Assembly (NCBI GenBank): GCA_965112735.1
Contig: OZ218951.1
Location: 3,720,001-3,784,000 of the forward strand
Direction of reading: 5' to 3'
DNA from: Phaeosaccion multiseriatum
Lineage: Eukaryota > Protista > Ochrophyta, other classes
Length of the DNA stretch: 64,000 nt
Shown here: in pieces, positions 12,616 to 24,500 of the stretch
Position numbering within the stretch: position 1 is the first letter of the stretch
Layout: the number at the start of each line of letters is the position of its first letter
Made by a program: the position numbers and the translations under genes
The notes under the pieces: model-generated
The model's database searches: none
The model's input: the letters and a program-made list of their open reading frames with translations, nothing else
What the model was told of the DNA's origin: nothing

Positions 12616-13731
12616 TCAGGGCGCTGCCGTGTCTGCATGCAGCATGCGCCCTGCCCAGCCAAGAGCCTCCTCCACCGTACGGTGCGCGTACTGAAAGGCT
12701 GTCGCCGACGCCCACCTGCCCCAGAACTGCAGGAGTCGCCAGTCAGCGCCGCTTGCCGCCAATGCCGTAGCCCCACCGCTCCGCAGGGAGTGGGACGAGA
12801 TGCGTACTGGATCCCTACCAATCTGCTGAGCTCCCCTCTTCAGTGCCTTGCTGACTTGGTGGGAGGTGACGCACTTCCTCCTCCCCGACTCGTCCACATA
12901 GGAGGAAAGGAGGGCACTACCCCCTGCTGCCTCCCGCTCCTGCTCCGGTCGGCGGTAGTGGCAGCGCACCGCCTCCAGGGCAGCCTCCACTGGACACAAG
13001 TCGACGACCCCCGTCCGCTCGTGTGTCCGCACTTCTCCTCTCCTGAAGGTGTCCGTCTTGCTACCAGTGAAGACGAGAGTGACGCGGCACAGCTCCACTC
13101 CTTCCTCGATCGCGGCAAGCGCCTCTTGTCCAGTGTAGCTCCGGCTCGCTCTATCTGCGAAGGTAACATCGTGATGAGTGAGAATGTAGTCTTCATCTGT
13201 CCCTCCACTCACACTGTTCGGGGCGAACTCGCTCACTCGCATGAGAAAGAACCACCCCAGGAGGATGAGGGCCCCTAACATGTGCCCTCTCTCCCCCTCC
13301 CCTCGCAGCTCCCGTCTGGTGCTGCGAAGAATGTCCACGTCTACTGGCAGCTGCTGTACGCTGTCTCCGTCCTCCAGCCTGTAGCTCCGAAGGAGCAGGT
13401 GGACCTGCCTCCCGACTGCAGGCCCCTTGAGCCCCTCCCGCGAGAAGAGGTCATTCACCCCTGGGCCCTTGCCCCTCAGAGTGGCCGCACCGTTGCCCCT
13501 CTCCTCTCGGCACCACGCTATGAACGCCATGAATACCTCCGCATTGCGAGGGTCGTCATCTCCAAACAGTAACACGGGAACGCCTGCTAGACCGCAGAAG
13601 TCAGTCCACTGACGCTGGACCGTCGCGTAGCGACGAACGGTTGCAGGCCTGAGACCGCTCGCTGCGGCTCCCCACGCAAGGTTGCGAAAACGGCGTCCAT
13701 AATCGTTGAGTTGGGCTCCAGCTGTTGCCAC
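12616..13731 (-). CDS. Tyrosine recombinase of DIRS/Ngaro type (intact, 371 aa from a GTG; true start uncertain)
   Basis: Core-binding-like N-terminus (LRPATVRRYATVQRQWTDFC). Catalytic motifs FFLMRVSEF (R), GSKTD (K), LCPV, SSHSLRSGGAT (HxxR) and GRWAS...FQY (W, Y). Confidence 0.95.
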   Translation of the reverse strand: MATAGAQLNDYGRRFRNLAWGAAASGLRPATVRRYATVQRQWTDFCGLAGVPVLLFGDDDPRNAEVFMAFIAWCREERGNGAATLRGKGPGVNDLFSREGLKGPAVGRQVHLLLRSYRLEDGDSVQQLPVDVDILRSTRRELRGEGERGHMLGALILLGWFFLMRVSEFAPNSVSGGTDEDYILTHHDVTFADRASRSYTGQEALAAIEEGVELCRVTLVFTGSKTDTFRRGEVRTHERTGVVDLCPVEAALEAVRCHYRRPEQEREAAGGSALLSSYVDESGRRKCVTSHQVSKALKRGAQQIGRDPVRISSHSLRSGGATALAASGADWRLLQFWGRWASATAFQYAHRTVEEALGWAGRMLHADTAAP

Positions 13732-15047
13732 TCCGTCAGCGGCTGAAACATGGGAGAGATGGGAGAAAGGTGGTCAGTACCGATGAGATAATCGAGGGAG
13801 TAGCGGCTGAGGCCGTCGGGGATGATGTTCTTCGCCCCTTCGACGTGCTCGACGTTGAGGCTGCACTGCGCTCCGATCTCCAAAAGGCCCACCAGTCCTG
13901 CCAGACCATTGGAAATGTCACTGTTGGCCGCTCCCTGGTGCTCAATCCACGAGAGGGAGCTGGTGTTGTCCCCTCTGACCAAGACGCCAGCGAGACAGAA
14001 GCTGGCTGGGTCGTGCAGCCAAAAAGTGCAGATGCCCACCACAATCACTGCCATCTCGAGGTCGTTGATGGAGATGAGCTGTGGAGACGCCTGGTGAGCA
14101 GCCCGTACCTCCGGAGGCCACTCCCACTGCGCGAAAAGTCCTGCTGCCTCCCACACAATGCCTCCCCCCCTGATAGCCCCCTCTGAGTCCACCCACACTG
14201 CTGCATCTCCATCCAATACGATATCCGGGACTCGCTTCACCATCAATTCTAAAGGGCGGACCAAGACGGAGGGATCTTTCACCCCCCAATCTAAAAGATC
14301 CCGCCACCGCTGCAGGTCGAAGTGCGCTTGAGAGGAGAGCGTGATGCGAGCGTGGGGCGAGAAGCCGCAGTGTCGAGTGAGGTTGGTGAGCTGGCGGAGC
14401 ATGTAGCGACCGGGCCCTACGCAGTAGCTCATGCTCCGGAGTTTCCCGATGACAGACTGGAGCTCCTTCAGCGAGCAAAAATGTCGCTCTGGCCCCCACT
14501 CAGCCAAAAGAATCTGCAGCTCCTCCAGCTTATCGGGGCGGAGCGAAGCAGTCCCCCGCACAGTGTCAATCATGATGCCCAAGACCCGCTGGCAGGAGAG
14601 CCAGCTCCCCTCCACGCCGTGCTTCTCGAGGTTGATGCAGGAGGGGACATGAGGGTGCTCCCCCGGCCAGCTGAAGAGGTTATAGTGCGTAGAAAGTATG
14701 AGGGCACTCAGCCGCAAGGCCCCTGTGCCGCGCTGGAGGGCGGGGACGTCCCGAGGGACCGCCCAGACAGCGATAGTGTCGTCTCCGTGGCAAGCCGCCG
14801 ATTGTTGAGCTGCCGAAACCGCCGCCGTCGGAGCACCTCGCATTTTCCGCCGTTGGCATTTCTGCTCCTCCACTTGTACAAGCTCGAGGCCGGGGATGCG
14901 GCCATTGCAGCACGAGGGGATGACAATCTCCGCCGCGAGTGGAGTAGCAAGGATGACGGCAACGATGCTCTGGGCCAGCACGAAGTAGAAGGCAGGAGAG
15001 GAGCAGGGGCCGAAAGAAAAAACCTTTTGCCCGGTGAGAGCTCCATA
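13587..15047 (-). pseudogene. N-terminally truncated reverse transcriptase plus intact DIRS-type RNase H
   Basis: The frame is open from 15047, upstream of the track's GTG: KVFSFGPCSSPAFY (RT motif B'), CHGDDTI (motif C variant), VLGIMIDT (motif E), LQSVIGKL thumb. RNase H motifs: DGDAA, SINDLEM, VRGDNTS, HVEGAKNIIPDGLSR. A TAG lies at 15048-15050 and there is no motif A. Confidence 0.88.
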
Positions 15048-15522
15048 CTACACCAGGCTAAGGGTCTCTAACTTCTACTAGATGCGTGTGCGTAGCGCAA
15101 GCCCTTGCAACTGTTAGCATTGGGGGCACATCTTGTGTTTGCAACTGTTAGCATGACACAAGTAAGCACACAGTATCTTCACCCTCACAAGAGAAGCAGT
15201 CGGGCCCTACTGCGATCCTTGCTTTCCTACACCACCGTCTCTACTCTCCTCCCTGCTTGCCCACACCCCCGCGTACCTGCTCTCGATCTCCTTCAATCAC
15301 GGTAGGGTGGCGAGTGCAGCAGGGCTCCTCCTCTTCTGAGCTCGAGCAGCAGAGAACACTGCTTTTCCATCTGCTGCCATATATATTTCTATCCTAAACC
15401 CCCCTCGGGGTCCACACACGCGCCCACGCTCCACACCCTACCCCTCGGCTCTCAATACCCTGTTTCTCCGTCGACTCCACTCTGCGAGAACAGAACTTCC
15501 GTGGCTCCGCTGCTGAAGCAGC

Positions 15523-18500
15523 GGGGTTTTGAGGCCATGCTTAGTCCCACTTGACGCCGTCACGGTCAGTGATTGCCTCGCTCAAGCTGCTCGAGCTCTC
15601 CCAGTGCCTCGCGCAGGCATTTTGTGTGCATCAATGGCTCCGTCGAGGCTGCTTGGGCCCCGCAAATGCCCACTTCTCCCTCAGCAAAGGGCCAGATTGG
15701 GGGTTTTGCATGAGGCCATGCTTAGTCCCATTTGACGCCGTCACGGTCAGTTATTGCCTCGCTCAAGCTGCTCGAGCTCTCCCAGTGCCTCGCGCAGGCA
15801 TGTTGTGTGCATCAATGGCTCCGTTCAGGCTGCTTGGGCCCCGCAAATGCCCACTTCTCCCTCAGCGAAGGGCCAGATTGGGGGTTTTGAGGCCATGCTT
15901 GGTCCCATTTGCCGCCGTCACGGTCAGTGATTGCCTCGGTCAGGCTGTTTGAGCTTGGTCAGTGCCTCGCGCAGGCATGTTGTGTGCATCAATGGCTCCG
16001 TCGAGGCTGCTTGGGCCCCGCAAATGCCCACTTCTCCCTCAGCGAAGGGCCAGATTGGGGGTTTTGAGGCCATGCTTAGTCCGATTTGGCGCCGTCACGG
16101 TCAGTGATTGCCTCGGTGAGGCTGTTTGAGCTTGGTCAGTGCCTCGCGCAGGCATGTTGTGTGCATCAATGGCTCCGTCGAGGCTGCTTGGGCCCCGCAA
16201 ATGCCCACTTCTCCCTCAGCGAAGGGCCAGATTGGGGGTTTTGAGGCCATGCTTAGTCCCACTTGACGCCGTCACGGTCAGTGATTGCCTCGGTCAGGCT
16301 GTTTGAGCTTGGTCAGTGCCTCGCGCAGGCATGTTGTGTGCATCAATGGCTCCGTCGAGGCTGCTTGGGCCCCGCAAATGCCCACTTCTCCCTCAGCGAA
16401 GGGCCAGATTGGGGGTTTTGAGGCCATGCTTAGTCCGATTTGGCGCAGTCACGGTCAGTGATTGCCTCGGTCAGGCTGTTTGAGCTTGGTCAGTGCCTCG
16501 CGCAGGCATGTTGTGTGCATCAATGGCTCCGTCGAGGCTGCTTGGGCCCCGCAAATGCGCACTTCTCCCTCAGCGAAGGGCCAGATGGGGGGTTTTGAGG
16601 CCATGCTTAGTCCCACTTGACGCCGTCACGGTCAGTGATTGCCTCAGTGAGGCTGTTTGAGCTTGGTCAGTGCCTCGCGCAGGCATGTTGTGTGCATCAA
16701 TGGCTCCGTTCAGGCTGCTTGGGCCCCGCAAATGCCCACTTCTCCCTCAGCGAAGGGCCAGATTGGGGGTTTTGAGGCCATGCTTGGTCCCATTTGGCGC
16801 CGTCACGGTCAGTGATCGCCTCGGTCAGGCTGTTTGAGTTTGGTCAGTGCTTCGCGCGGGCATGTTGTGTGCATCAATGGCTCCGTTCAGGCTGCTTGGG
16901 CCCCGCAAATGCCCACTTCTCCCTCAGCGAAGGGCCAGATTGGGGGTTTTGAGGCCATGCTTGGTCCCATTTGGCGCCGTCACGGTCAGTGATTGCCTCG
17001 GTGAGGCTGTTTGAGCTTGGTCAGTGCCTCGCGCAGGCATGTTGTGTGCATCAATGGCTCCGTTCAGGCTGCTTGGGCCCCGCAAATGCCCACTTCTCCC
17101 TCAGCGAAGGGCCAGATTGGGGGTTTTGAGGCCATGCTTGGTCCCATTTGGCGCCGTCACGGTCAGTGATCGCCTCGGTCAGGCTGTTTGAGTTTGGTCA
17201 GTGCTTCGCGCGGGCATGTTGTGTGCATCAATGGCTCCGTTCAGGCTGCTTGGGCCCCGCAAATGCCCACTTCTCCCTCAGCGAAGGGCCAGATTGGGGG
17301 TTTTGAGGCCATGCTTGGTCCCATTTGGCGCCGTCACGGTCAGTGATTGCCTCGGTGAGGCTGTTTGAGCTTGGTCAGTGCCTCGCGCAGGCATGTTGTG
17401 TGCATCAATGGCTCCGTTCAGGCTGCTTGGGCCCCGCAAATGCCCACTTCTCCCTCAGCGAAGGGCCAGATTGGGGGTTTTGAGGCCATGCTTAGTCCCA
17501 CTTGACGCCGTCACGGTCAGTGATTGCCTCGCTCAAGCTGCTCGAGCTCTCCCAGTGCCTCGCGCAGGCATTTTGTGTGCATCAATGGCTCCGTCGAGGC
17601 TGCTTGGGCCCCGCAAATGCCCACTTCTCCCTCAGCGAAGGGCCAGATGGGGGGTTTTGAGGCCATGCTTAGTCCGATTTGGCGCAGTCACGGTCAGTGA
17701 TTGCCTCGGTCAGGCTGTTTGAGCTTGGTCAGTGCCTCGCGCAGGCATGTTGTGTGCATCAATGGCTCCGTCGAGGCTGCTTGGGCCCCGCAAATGCGCA
17801 CTTCTCCCTCAGCGAAGGGCCAGATGGGGGGGTTTTGAGGCCATGCTTAGTCCCACTTGACGCCGTCACGGTCAGTGATTGCCTCAGTGAGGCTGTTTGA
17901 GCTTGGTCAGTGCCTCGCGCAGGCATGTTGTGTGCATCAATGGCTCCGTTCAGGCTGCTTGGGCCCCGCAAATGCCCACTTCTCCCTCAGCGAAGGGCCA
18001 GATTGGGGGTTTTGAGGCCATGCTTAGTCCCACTTGACGCCGTCACGGTCAGTGATTGCCTCGCTCAAGCTGCCCGAGCTCTCCCAGTGCCTCGCGCAGG
18101 CATGTTGTGTGCATCAATGGCTCCGTCGAGGCTGCTTGGGCCCCGCAAATGCCCACTTCTCCCTCAGCGAAGGGCCAGATTGGGGGTTTTGAGGCCATGC
18201 TTAGTCCGATTTGGCGCAGTCACGGTCAGTGATTGCCTCGGTCAGGCTGTTTGAGCTTGGTCAGTGCTCGAGCTCTCCCAGTGCCTCGCGCAGGCATGTT
18301 GTGTGCATCAATGGCTCCGTCGAGGCTGCTTGGGCCCCGCAAATGCGCACTTCTCCCTCAGCGAAGGGCCAGATGGGGGGTTTTGAGGCCATGCTTAGTC
18401 CCACTTGACGCCGTCACGGTCAGTGATTGCCTCGGTGAGGCTGTTTGAGCTTGGTCAGTGCCTCGCGCAGGCATGTTGTGTGCATCAATGGCTCCGTTCA

Positions 18501-21500
18501 GGCTGCTTGGGCCCCGCAAATGCCCACTTCTCCCTCAGCGAAGGGCCAGATGGGGGGTTTTGGGGCCATGCTTGGTCCCATTTGGCGCCGTCACGGTCAG
18601 TGATTGCCTCGGTGAGGCTGTTTGAGCTTGGTCAGTGCCTCGCGCAGGCATGTTGTGTGCATCAATGGCTCCGTTCAGGCTGCTTGGGCCCCGCAAATGC
18701 CCACTTCTCCCTCAGCGAAGGGCCAGATTGGGGGTTTTGAGGCCATGCTTGGTCCGATTTGGCGCCGTCACGGTCAGTGATTGCCTCGGTGAGGCTGTTT
18801 GAGCTTGGTCAGTGCCTCGCGCAGGCATGTTGTGTGCATCAATGGCTCCGTTCAGGCTGCTTGGGCCCCGCAAATGCCCACTTCTCCCTCAGCGAAGGGC
18901 CAGATTGGGGGTTTTGAGGCCATGCTTGGTCCGATTTGGCGCCGTCACGGTCAGTGATTGCCTCGGTGAGGCTGTTTGAGCTTGGTCAGTGCCTCGCGCA
19001 GGCATGTTGTGTGCATCAATGGCTCCGTTCAGGCTGCTTGGGCCCCGCAAATGCCCACTTCTCCCTCAGCGAAGGGCCAGATGGGGGGTTTTGAGGCCAT
19101 GCTGGGTCCCATTTGGCGCCGTCACGGTCAGTGATTGCCTCGGTGAGGCTGTTTGAACTTGGTCAGTGCCTCGCGCAGGCATGTTGTGTGCATCAATGGC
19201 TCCGTTCAGGCTGCTTGGGCCCCGCAAATGCCCACTTCTCTCTCAGCGAAGGGCCAGATTGGGGGTTTTGAGGCCATGCTTGGTCCCATTTGGCGCCGTC
19301 ACGGTCAGTGATTGCCTCGGTGAGGCTGTTTGAGCTTGGTCAGTGCCTCGCGCAGGCATGTTGTGTGCATCAATGGCTCCGTTCAGGCTGCTTGGGCCCC
19401 GCAAATGCCCACTTCTCCCTCAGCGAAGGGCCAGATTGGGGGTTTTGAGGCCATGCTTAGTCCCACTTGACGCCGTCACGGTCAGTGATTGCCTCGGTGA
19501 GGCTGTTTGAGCTTGGTCAGTGCCTCGCGCAGGCATGTTGTGTGCATCAATGGCTCCGTCGAGGCTGCTTGGGCCCCGCAAATGCCCACTTCTCCCTCAG
19601 CAAAGGGCCAGATTGGGGGTTTTGCATGAGGCCATGCTTAGTCCCATTTGACGCCGTCACGGTCAGTGATTGCCTCGCTCAAGCTGCTCGAGCTCTCCCA
19701 GTGCCTCGCGCAGGCATGTTGTGTGCATCAATGGCTCCGTTCAGGCTGCTTGGGCCCCGCAAATGCCCACTTCTCCCTCAGCGAAGGGCCAGATTGGGGG
19801 TTTTGAGGCCATGCTTGGTCCCACTTGACGCCGTCACGGTCAGTGATTGCCTCAGTGAGGCTGTTTGAGCTTGGTCAGTGCCTCGCGCAGGCATGTTGTG
19901 TGCATCAATGGCTCCGTCGAGGCTGCTTGGGCCCCGCAAATGCGCACTTCTCCCTCAGCGAAGGGCCAGATGGGGGGTTTTGAGGCCATGCTTAGTCCCA
20001 CTTGACGCCGTCACGGTCAGTGATTGCCTCGGTGAGGCTGTTTGAGCTTGGTCAGTGCCTCGCGCAGGCATGTTGTGTGCATCAATGGCTCCGTTCAGGC
20101 TGCTTGGGCCCCGCAAATGCCCACTTCTCCCTCAGCGAAGGGCCAGATGGGGGGTTTTGGGGCCATGCTTGGTCCCATTTGGCGCCGTCACGGTCAGTGA
20201 TTGCCTCGGTGAGGCTGTTTGAGCTTGGTCAGTGCCTCGCGCAGGCATGTTGTGTGCATCAATGGCTCCGTTCAGGCTGCTTGGGCCCCGCAAATGCCCA
20301 CTTCTCCCTCAGCGAAGGGCCAGATTGGGGGTTTTGAGGCCATGCTTGGTCCGATTTGGCGCCGTCACGGTCAGTGATTGCCTCGGTGAGGCTGTTTGAG
20401 CTTGGTCAGTGCCTCGCGCAGGCATGTTGTGTGCATCAATGGCTCCGTTCAGGCTGCTTGGGCCCCGCAAATGCCCACTTCTCCCTCAGCGAAGGGCCAG
20501 ATGGGGGGTTTTGAGGCCATGCTGGGTCCCATTTGGCGCCGTCACGGTCAGTGATTGCCTCGGTGAGGCTGTTTGAGCTTGGTAAGTGCCTCGCGCAGGC
20601 ATGTTGTGTGCATCAATGGCTCCGTCGGGGCTGTTTGGGCCCCGCAAATGCCCACTTCTCTCTCAGCGAAGGGCCAGATTGGGGGTTTTGAGGCCATGCT
20701 GGTCTTATTTGGCGCCGTCACGGTCAGTGATTGCCTCGGTGAGGCTGTTTGAGCTTGGTCAGTGCCTCGCGCAGGCATGTTGTGTGCATCAATGGCTCCG
20801 TTCAGGCTGCTTGGGCCCCGCAAATGCCCACTTCTCCCTCAGCGAAGGGCCAGATTGGGGGTTTTGAGGCCATGCTTAGTCCCACTTGACGCCGTCACGG
20901 TCAGTGATTGCCTCGGTCAGGCTGTTTGAGCTTGGTCAGTGCCTCGCGCAGGCATGTTGTGTGCATCAATGGCTCCGTCGAGGCTGCTTGGGCCCCGCAA
21001 ATGCCCACTTCTCCCTCAGCAAAGGGCCAGATTGGGGGTTTTGCATGAGGCCATGCTTAGTCCCATTTGACGCCGTCACGGTCAGTGATTGCCTCGCTCA
21101 AGCTGCTCGAGCTCTCCCAGTGCCTCGCGCAGGCATGTTGTGTGCATCAATGGCTCCGTTCAGGCTGCTTGGGCCCCGCAAATGCCCACTTCTCCCTCAG
21201 CGAAGGGCCAGATTGGGGGTTTTGAGGCCATGCTTGGTCCCACTTGACGCCGTCACGGTCAGTGATTGCCTCAGTGAGGCTGTTTGAGCTTGGTCAGTGC
21301 CTCGCGCAGGCATGTTGTGTGCATCAATGGCTCCGTCGAGGCTGCTTGGGCCCCGCAAATGCGCACTTCTCCCTCAGCGAAGGGCCAGATGGGGGGTTTT
21401 GAGGCCATGCTTAGTCCCACTTGACGCCGTCACGGTCAGTGATTGCCTCGGTGAGGCTGTTTGAGCTTGGTCAGTGCCTCGCGCAGGCATGTTGTGTGCA

Positions 21501-24500
21501 TCAATGGCTCCGTCGAGGCTGCTTGGGCCCCGCAAATGCCCACTTCTCTCTCAGCGAAGGGCCAGATTGGGGGTTTTGAGGCCATGCTTGGTCTTATTTG
21601 GCGCCGTCACGGTCAGTGATTGCCTCGGTGAGGCTGTTTGAGCTTGGTCAGTGCCTCGCGCAGGCATGTTGTGTGCATCAATGGCTCTGTTCAGGCTGCT
21701 TGGGCCCCGCAAATGCCCACTTCTCCCTCAGCGAAGGGCCAGATTGGGGGTTTTGAGGCCATGCTTAGTCCCACTTGACGCCGTCACGGTCAGTGATTGC
21801 CTCGGTCAGGCTGTTTGAGCTTGGTCAGTGCCTCGCGCAGGCATGTTGTGTGCATCAATGGCTCCGTCGAGGCTGCTTGGGCCCCGCAAATGCCCACTTC
21901 TCTCTCAGCGAAGGGCCAGATTGGGGGTTTTGAGGCCATGCTTGGTCTTATTTGGCGCCGTCACGGTCAGTGATTGCCTCGGTGAGGCTGTTTGAGCTTG
22001 GTCAGTGCCTCGCGCAGGCATGTTGTGTGCATCAATGGCTCCGTCGAGGCTGCTTGGGCCCCGCAAATGCCCACTTCTCCCTCAGCAAAGGGCCAGATGG
22101 GGGGTTTTGCATGAGGCCATGCTTAGTCCCATTTGACGCCGTCACGGTCAGTGATTGCCTCGCTCAAGCTGCTCGAGCTCTCCCAGTGCCTCGCGCAGGC
22201 ATGTTGTGTGCATCAATGGCTCCGTTCAGGCTGCTTGGGCCCCGCAAATGCCCACTTCTCCCTCAGCGAAGGGCCAGATTGGGGGTTTTGAGGCCATGCT
22301 TAGTCCCACTTGACGCCGTCACGGTCAGTGATTGCCTCAGTGAGGCTATTTGAGCTTGGTCAGTGCCTCGCGCAGGCATGTTGTGTGCATCAATGGCTCC
22401 GTCGAGGCTGCTTGGGCCCCGCAAATGCGCACTTCTCCCTCAGCGAAGGGCCAGATGGGGGGTTTTGAGGCCATGCTTAGTCCCACTTGACGCCGTCACG
22501 GTCAGTGATTGCCTCGGTGAGGCTGTTTGAGCTTGGTCAGTGCCTCGCGCAGGCATGTTGTGTGCATCAATGGCTCCGTCGAGGCTGCTTGGGCCCCGCA
22601 AATGCCCACTTCTCTCTCAGCGAAGGGCCAGATTGGGGGTTTTGAGGCCATGCTTGGTCTTATTTGGCGCCGTCACGGTCAGTGATTGCCTCGGTGAGGC
22701 TGTTTGAGCTTGGTCAGTGCCTCGCGCAGGCATGTTGTGTGCATCAATGGCTCCGTTCAGGCTGCTTGGGCCCCGCAAATGCCCACTTCTCCCTCAGCGA
22801 AGGGCCAGATTGGGGGTTTTGAGGCCATGCTTGGTCCGATTTGGCGCCGTCACGGTCAGTGATTGCCTCGGTGAGGCTGTTTGAGCTTGGTCAGTGCCTC
22901 GCGCAGGCATGTTGTGTGCATCAATGGCTCCGTTCAGGCTGCTTGGGCCCCGCAAATGCCCACTTCTCCCTCAGCGAAGGGCCAGATTGGGGGTTTTGAG
23001 GCCATGCTTGGTCCGATTTGGCGCCGTCACGGTCAGTGATTGCCTCGGTGAGGCTGTTTGAGCTTGGTCAGTGCCTCGCGCAGGCATGTTGTGTGCATCA
23101 ATGGCTCCGTTCAGGCTGCTTGGGCCCCGCAAATGCCCACTTCTCCCTCAGCAAAGGGCCAGATGGGGGGTTTTGCATGAGGCCATGCTTAGTCCCATTT
23201 GACGCCGTCACGGTCAGTGATTGCCTCGCTCAAGCTGCTCGAGCTCTCCCAGTGCCTCGCGCAGGCATGTTGTGTGCATCAATGGCTCCGTTCAGGCTGC
23301 TTGGGCGCCGCAAATGCCCACTTCTCCCTCAGCGAAGGGCCAGATGGGGGGTTTTGAGGCCATGCTGGGTCCCATTTGGCGCCGTCACGGTCAGTGATTG
23401 CCTCGGTGAGGCTGTTTGAGCTTGGTAAGTGCCTCGCGCAGGCATGTTGTGTGCATCAATGGCTCCGTTCAGGCTGCTTGGGCCCCGCAAATGCCCACTT
23501 CTCCCTCAGCGAAGGGCCAGATGGGGGGTTTTGAGGCCATGCTGGGTCCCATTTGGCGCCGTCACGGTCAGTGATTGCCTCGGTGAGGCTGTTTGAGCTT
23601 GGTCAGTGCCTCGCGCAGGCATGTTGTGTGCATCAATGGCTCCGTTCAGGCTGCTTGGCCCCCGCAAATGCCCACTTCTCCCTCAGCGAAGGGCCAGATT
23701 GGGGGTTTTGAGGCCATGCTGGGTCCCATTTGGCGCCGTCACGGTCAGTGATTGCCTCGGTCAGGCTGTTTGAGCTCTCCCAGTGCCTCGCGCAGGCATG
23801 TTGTGTGCATCAATGGCTCCGTCGAGGCTGCTTGGGCCCCGCAAATGCCCACTTCTCCCTCAGCGAAGGGCCAGATTGGGGGTTTTGAGGCCATGCTGGG
23901 TCCCATTTGGCGCCGTCACGGTCAGTGATTGCCTCGGTGAGGCTGTTTGAGCTTGGTCAGTGCCTCGCACAGGCATGTTGTGTGCATCAATGGCTCCGTT
24001 CAGGCTGCTTGGGCCCCGCAAATGCCCACTTCTCCCTCAGCGAAGGGCCAGATTGGGGGTTTTGAGGCCATGCTTAGTCCCACTTGGCGCCGTCACGGTC
24101 AGTGATTGCCTCGGTGAGGCTGTTTGAGCTTGGTCAGTGCCTCGCGCAGGCATGTTGTGTGCATCAATGGCTCCGTTCCGGCTGCTTGGGCCCCGCAAAT
24201 GCCCACTTCTCCCTCAGCGAAGGGCCAGATTGGGGGTTTTGAGGCCATGCTGGGTCCCATTTGGCGCCGTCACGGTCAGTGATTGCCTCGGTGAGGCTGT
24301 TTGAGCTTGGTCAGTGCCTCGCGCAGGCATGTTGTGTGCATCAATGGCTCCGTTCAGGCTGCTTGGGCCCCGCAAATGCCCACTTCTCCCTCAGCGAAGG
24401 GCCAGATTGGGGGTTTTGAGGCCATGCTTAGTCCCATTTGGCGCCGTCACGGTCAGTGATTGCCTCGGTGAGGCTGTTTGAGCTTGGTCAGTGCCTCGCG

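Larger units (their letters stand above)
12380..15522 (-). mobile_element. DIRS/Ngaro-like tyrosine-recombinase retroelement, 3.14 kb, lacking gag and the RT N-terminus (copy 1; ends ambiguous by one G)
   Basis: Overlapping RT-RNase H and YR frames. The satellite stops at CCAGATTGG (12379) and resumes at GGGGTTTTGAGG (15523). No TSD beyond one ambiguous G. Confidence 0.93.

Noticed and set aside
12616-13731. Phage or bacterial integrase / prophage
   Set aside because: It overlaps a DIRS-type RT-RNase H frame, shows retroelement-type GSKTD, CPV and GRWAS motifs, and has no phage genes nearby.
12520-15071. Plus-strand ORFs of 252 and 249 aa inside the element
   Set aside because: They are antisense shadows of the YR and RT/RH frames in GC-rich DNA, with no motifs.
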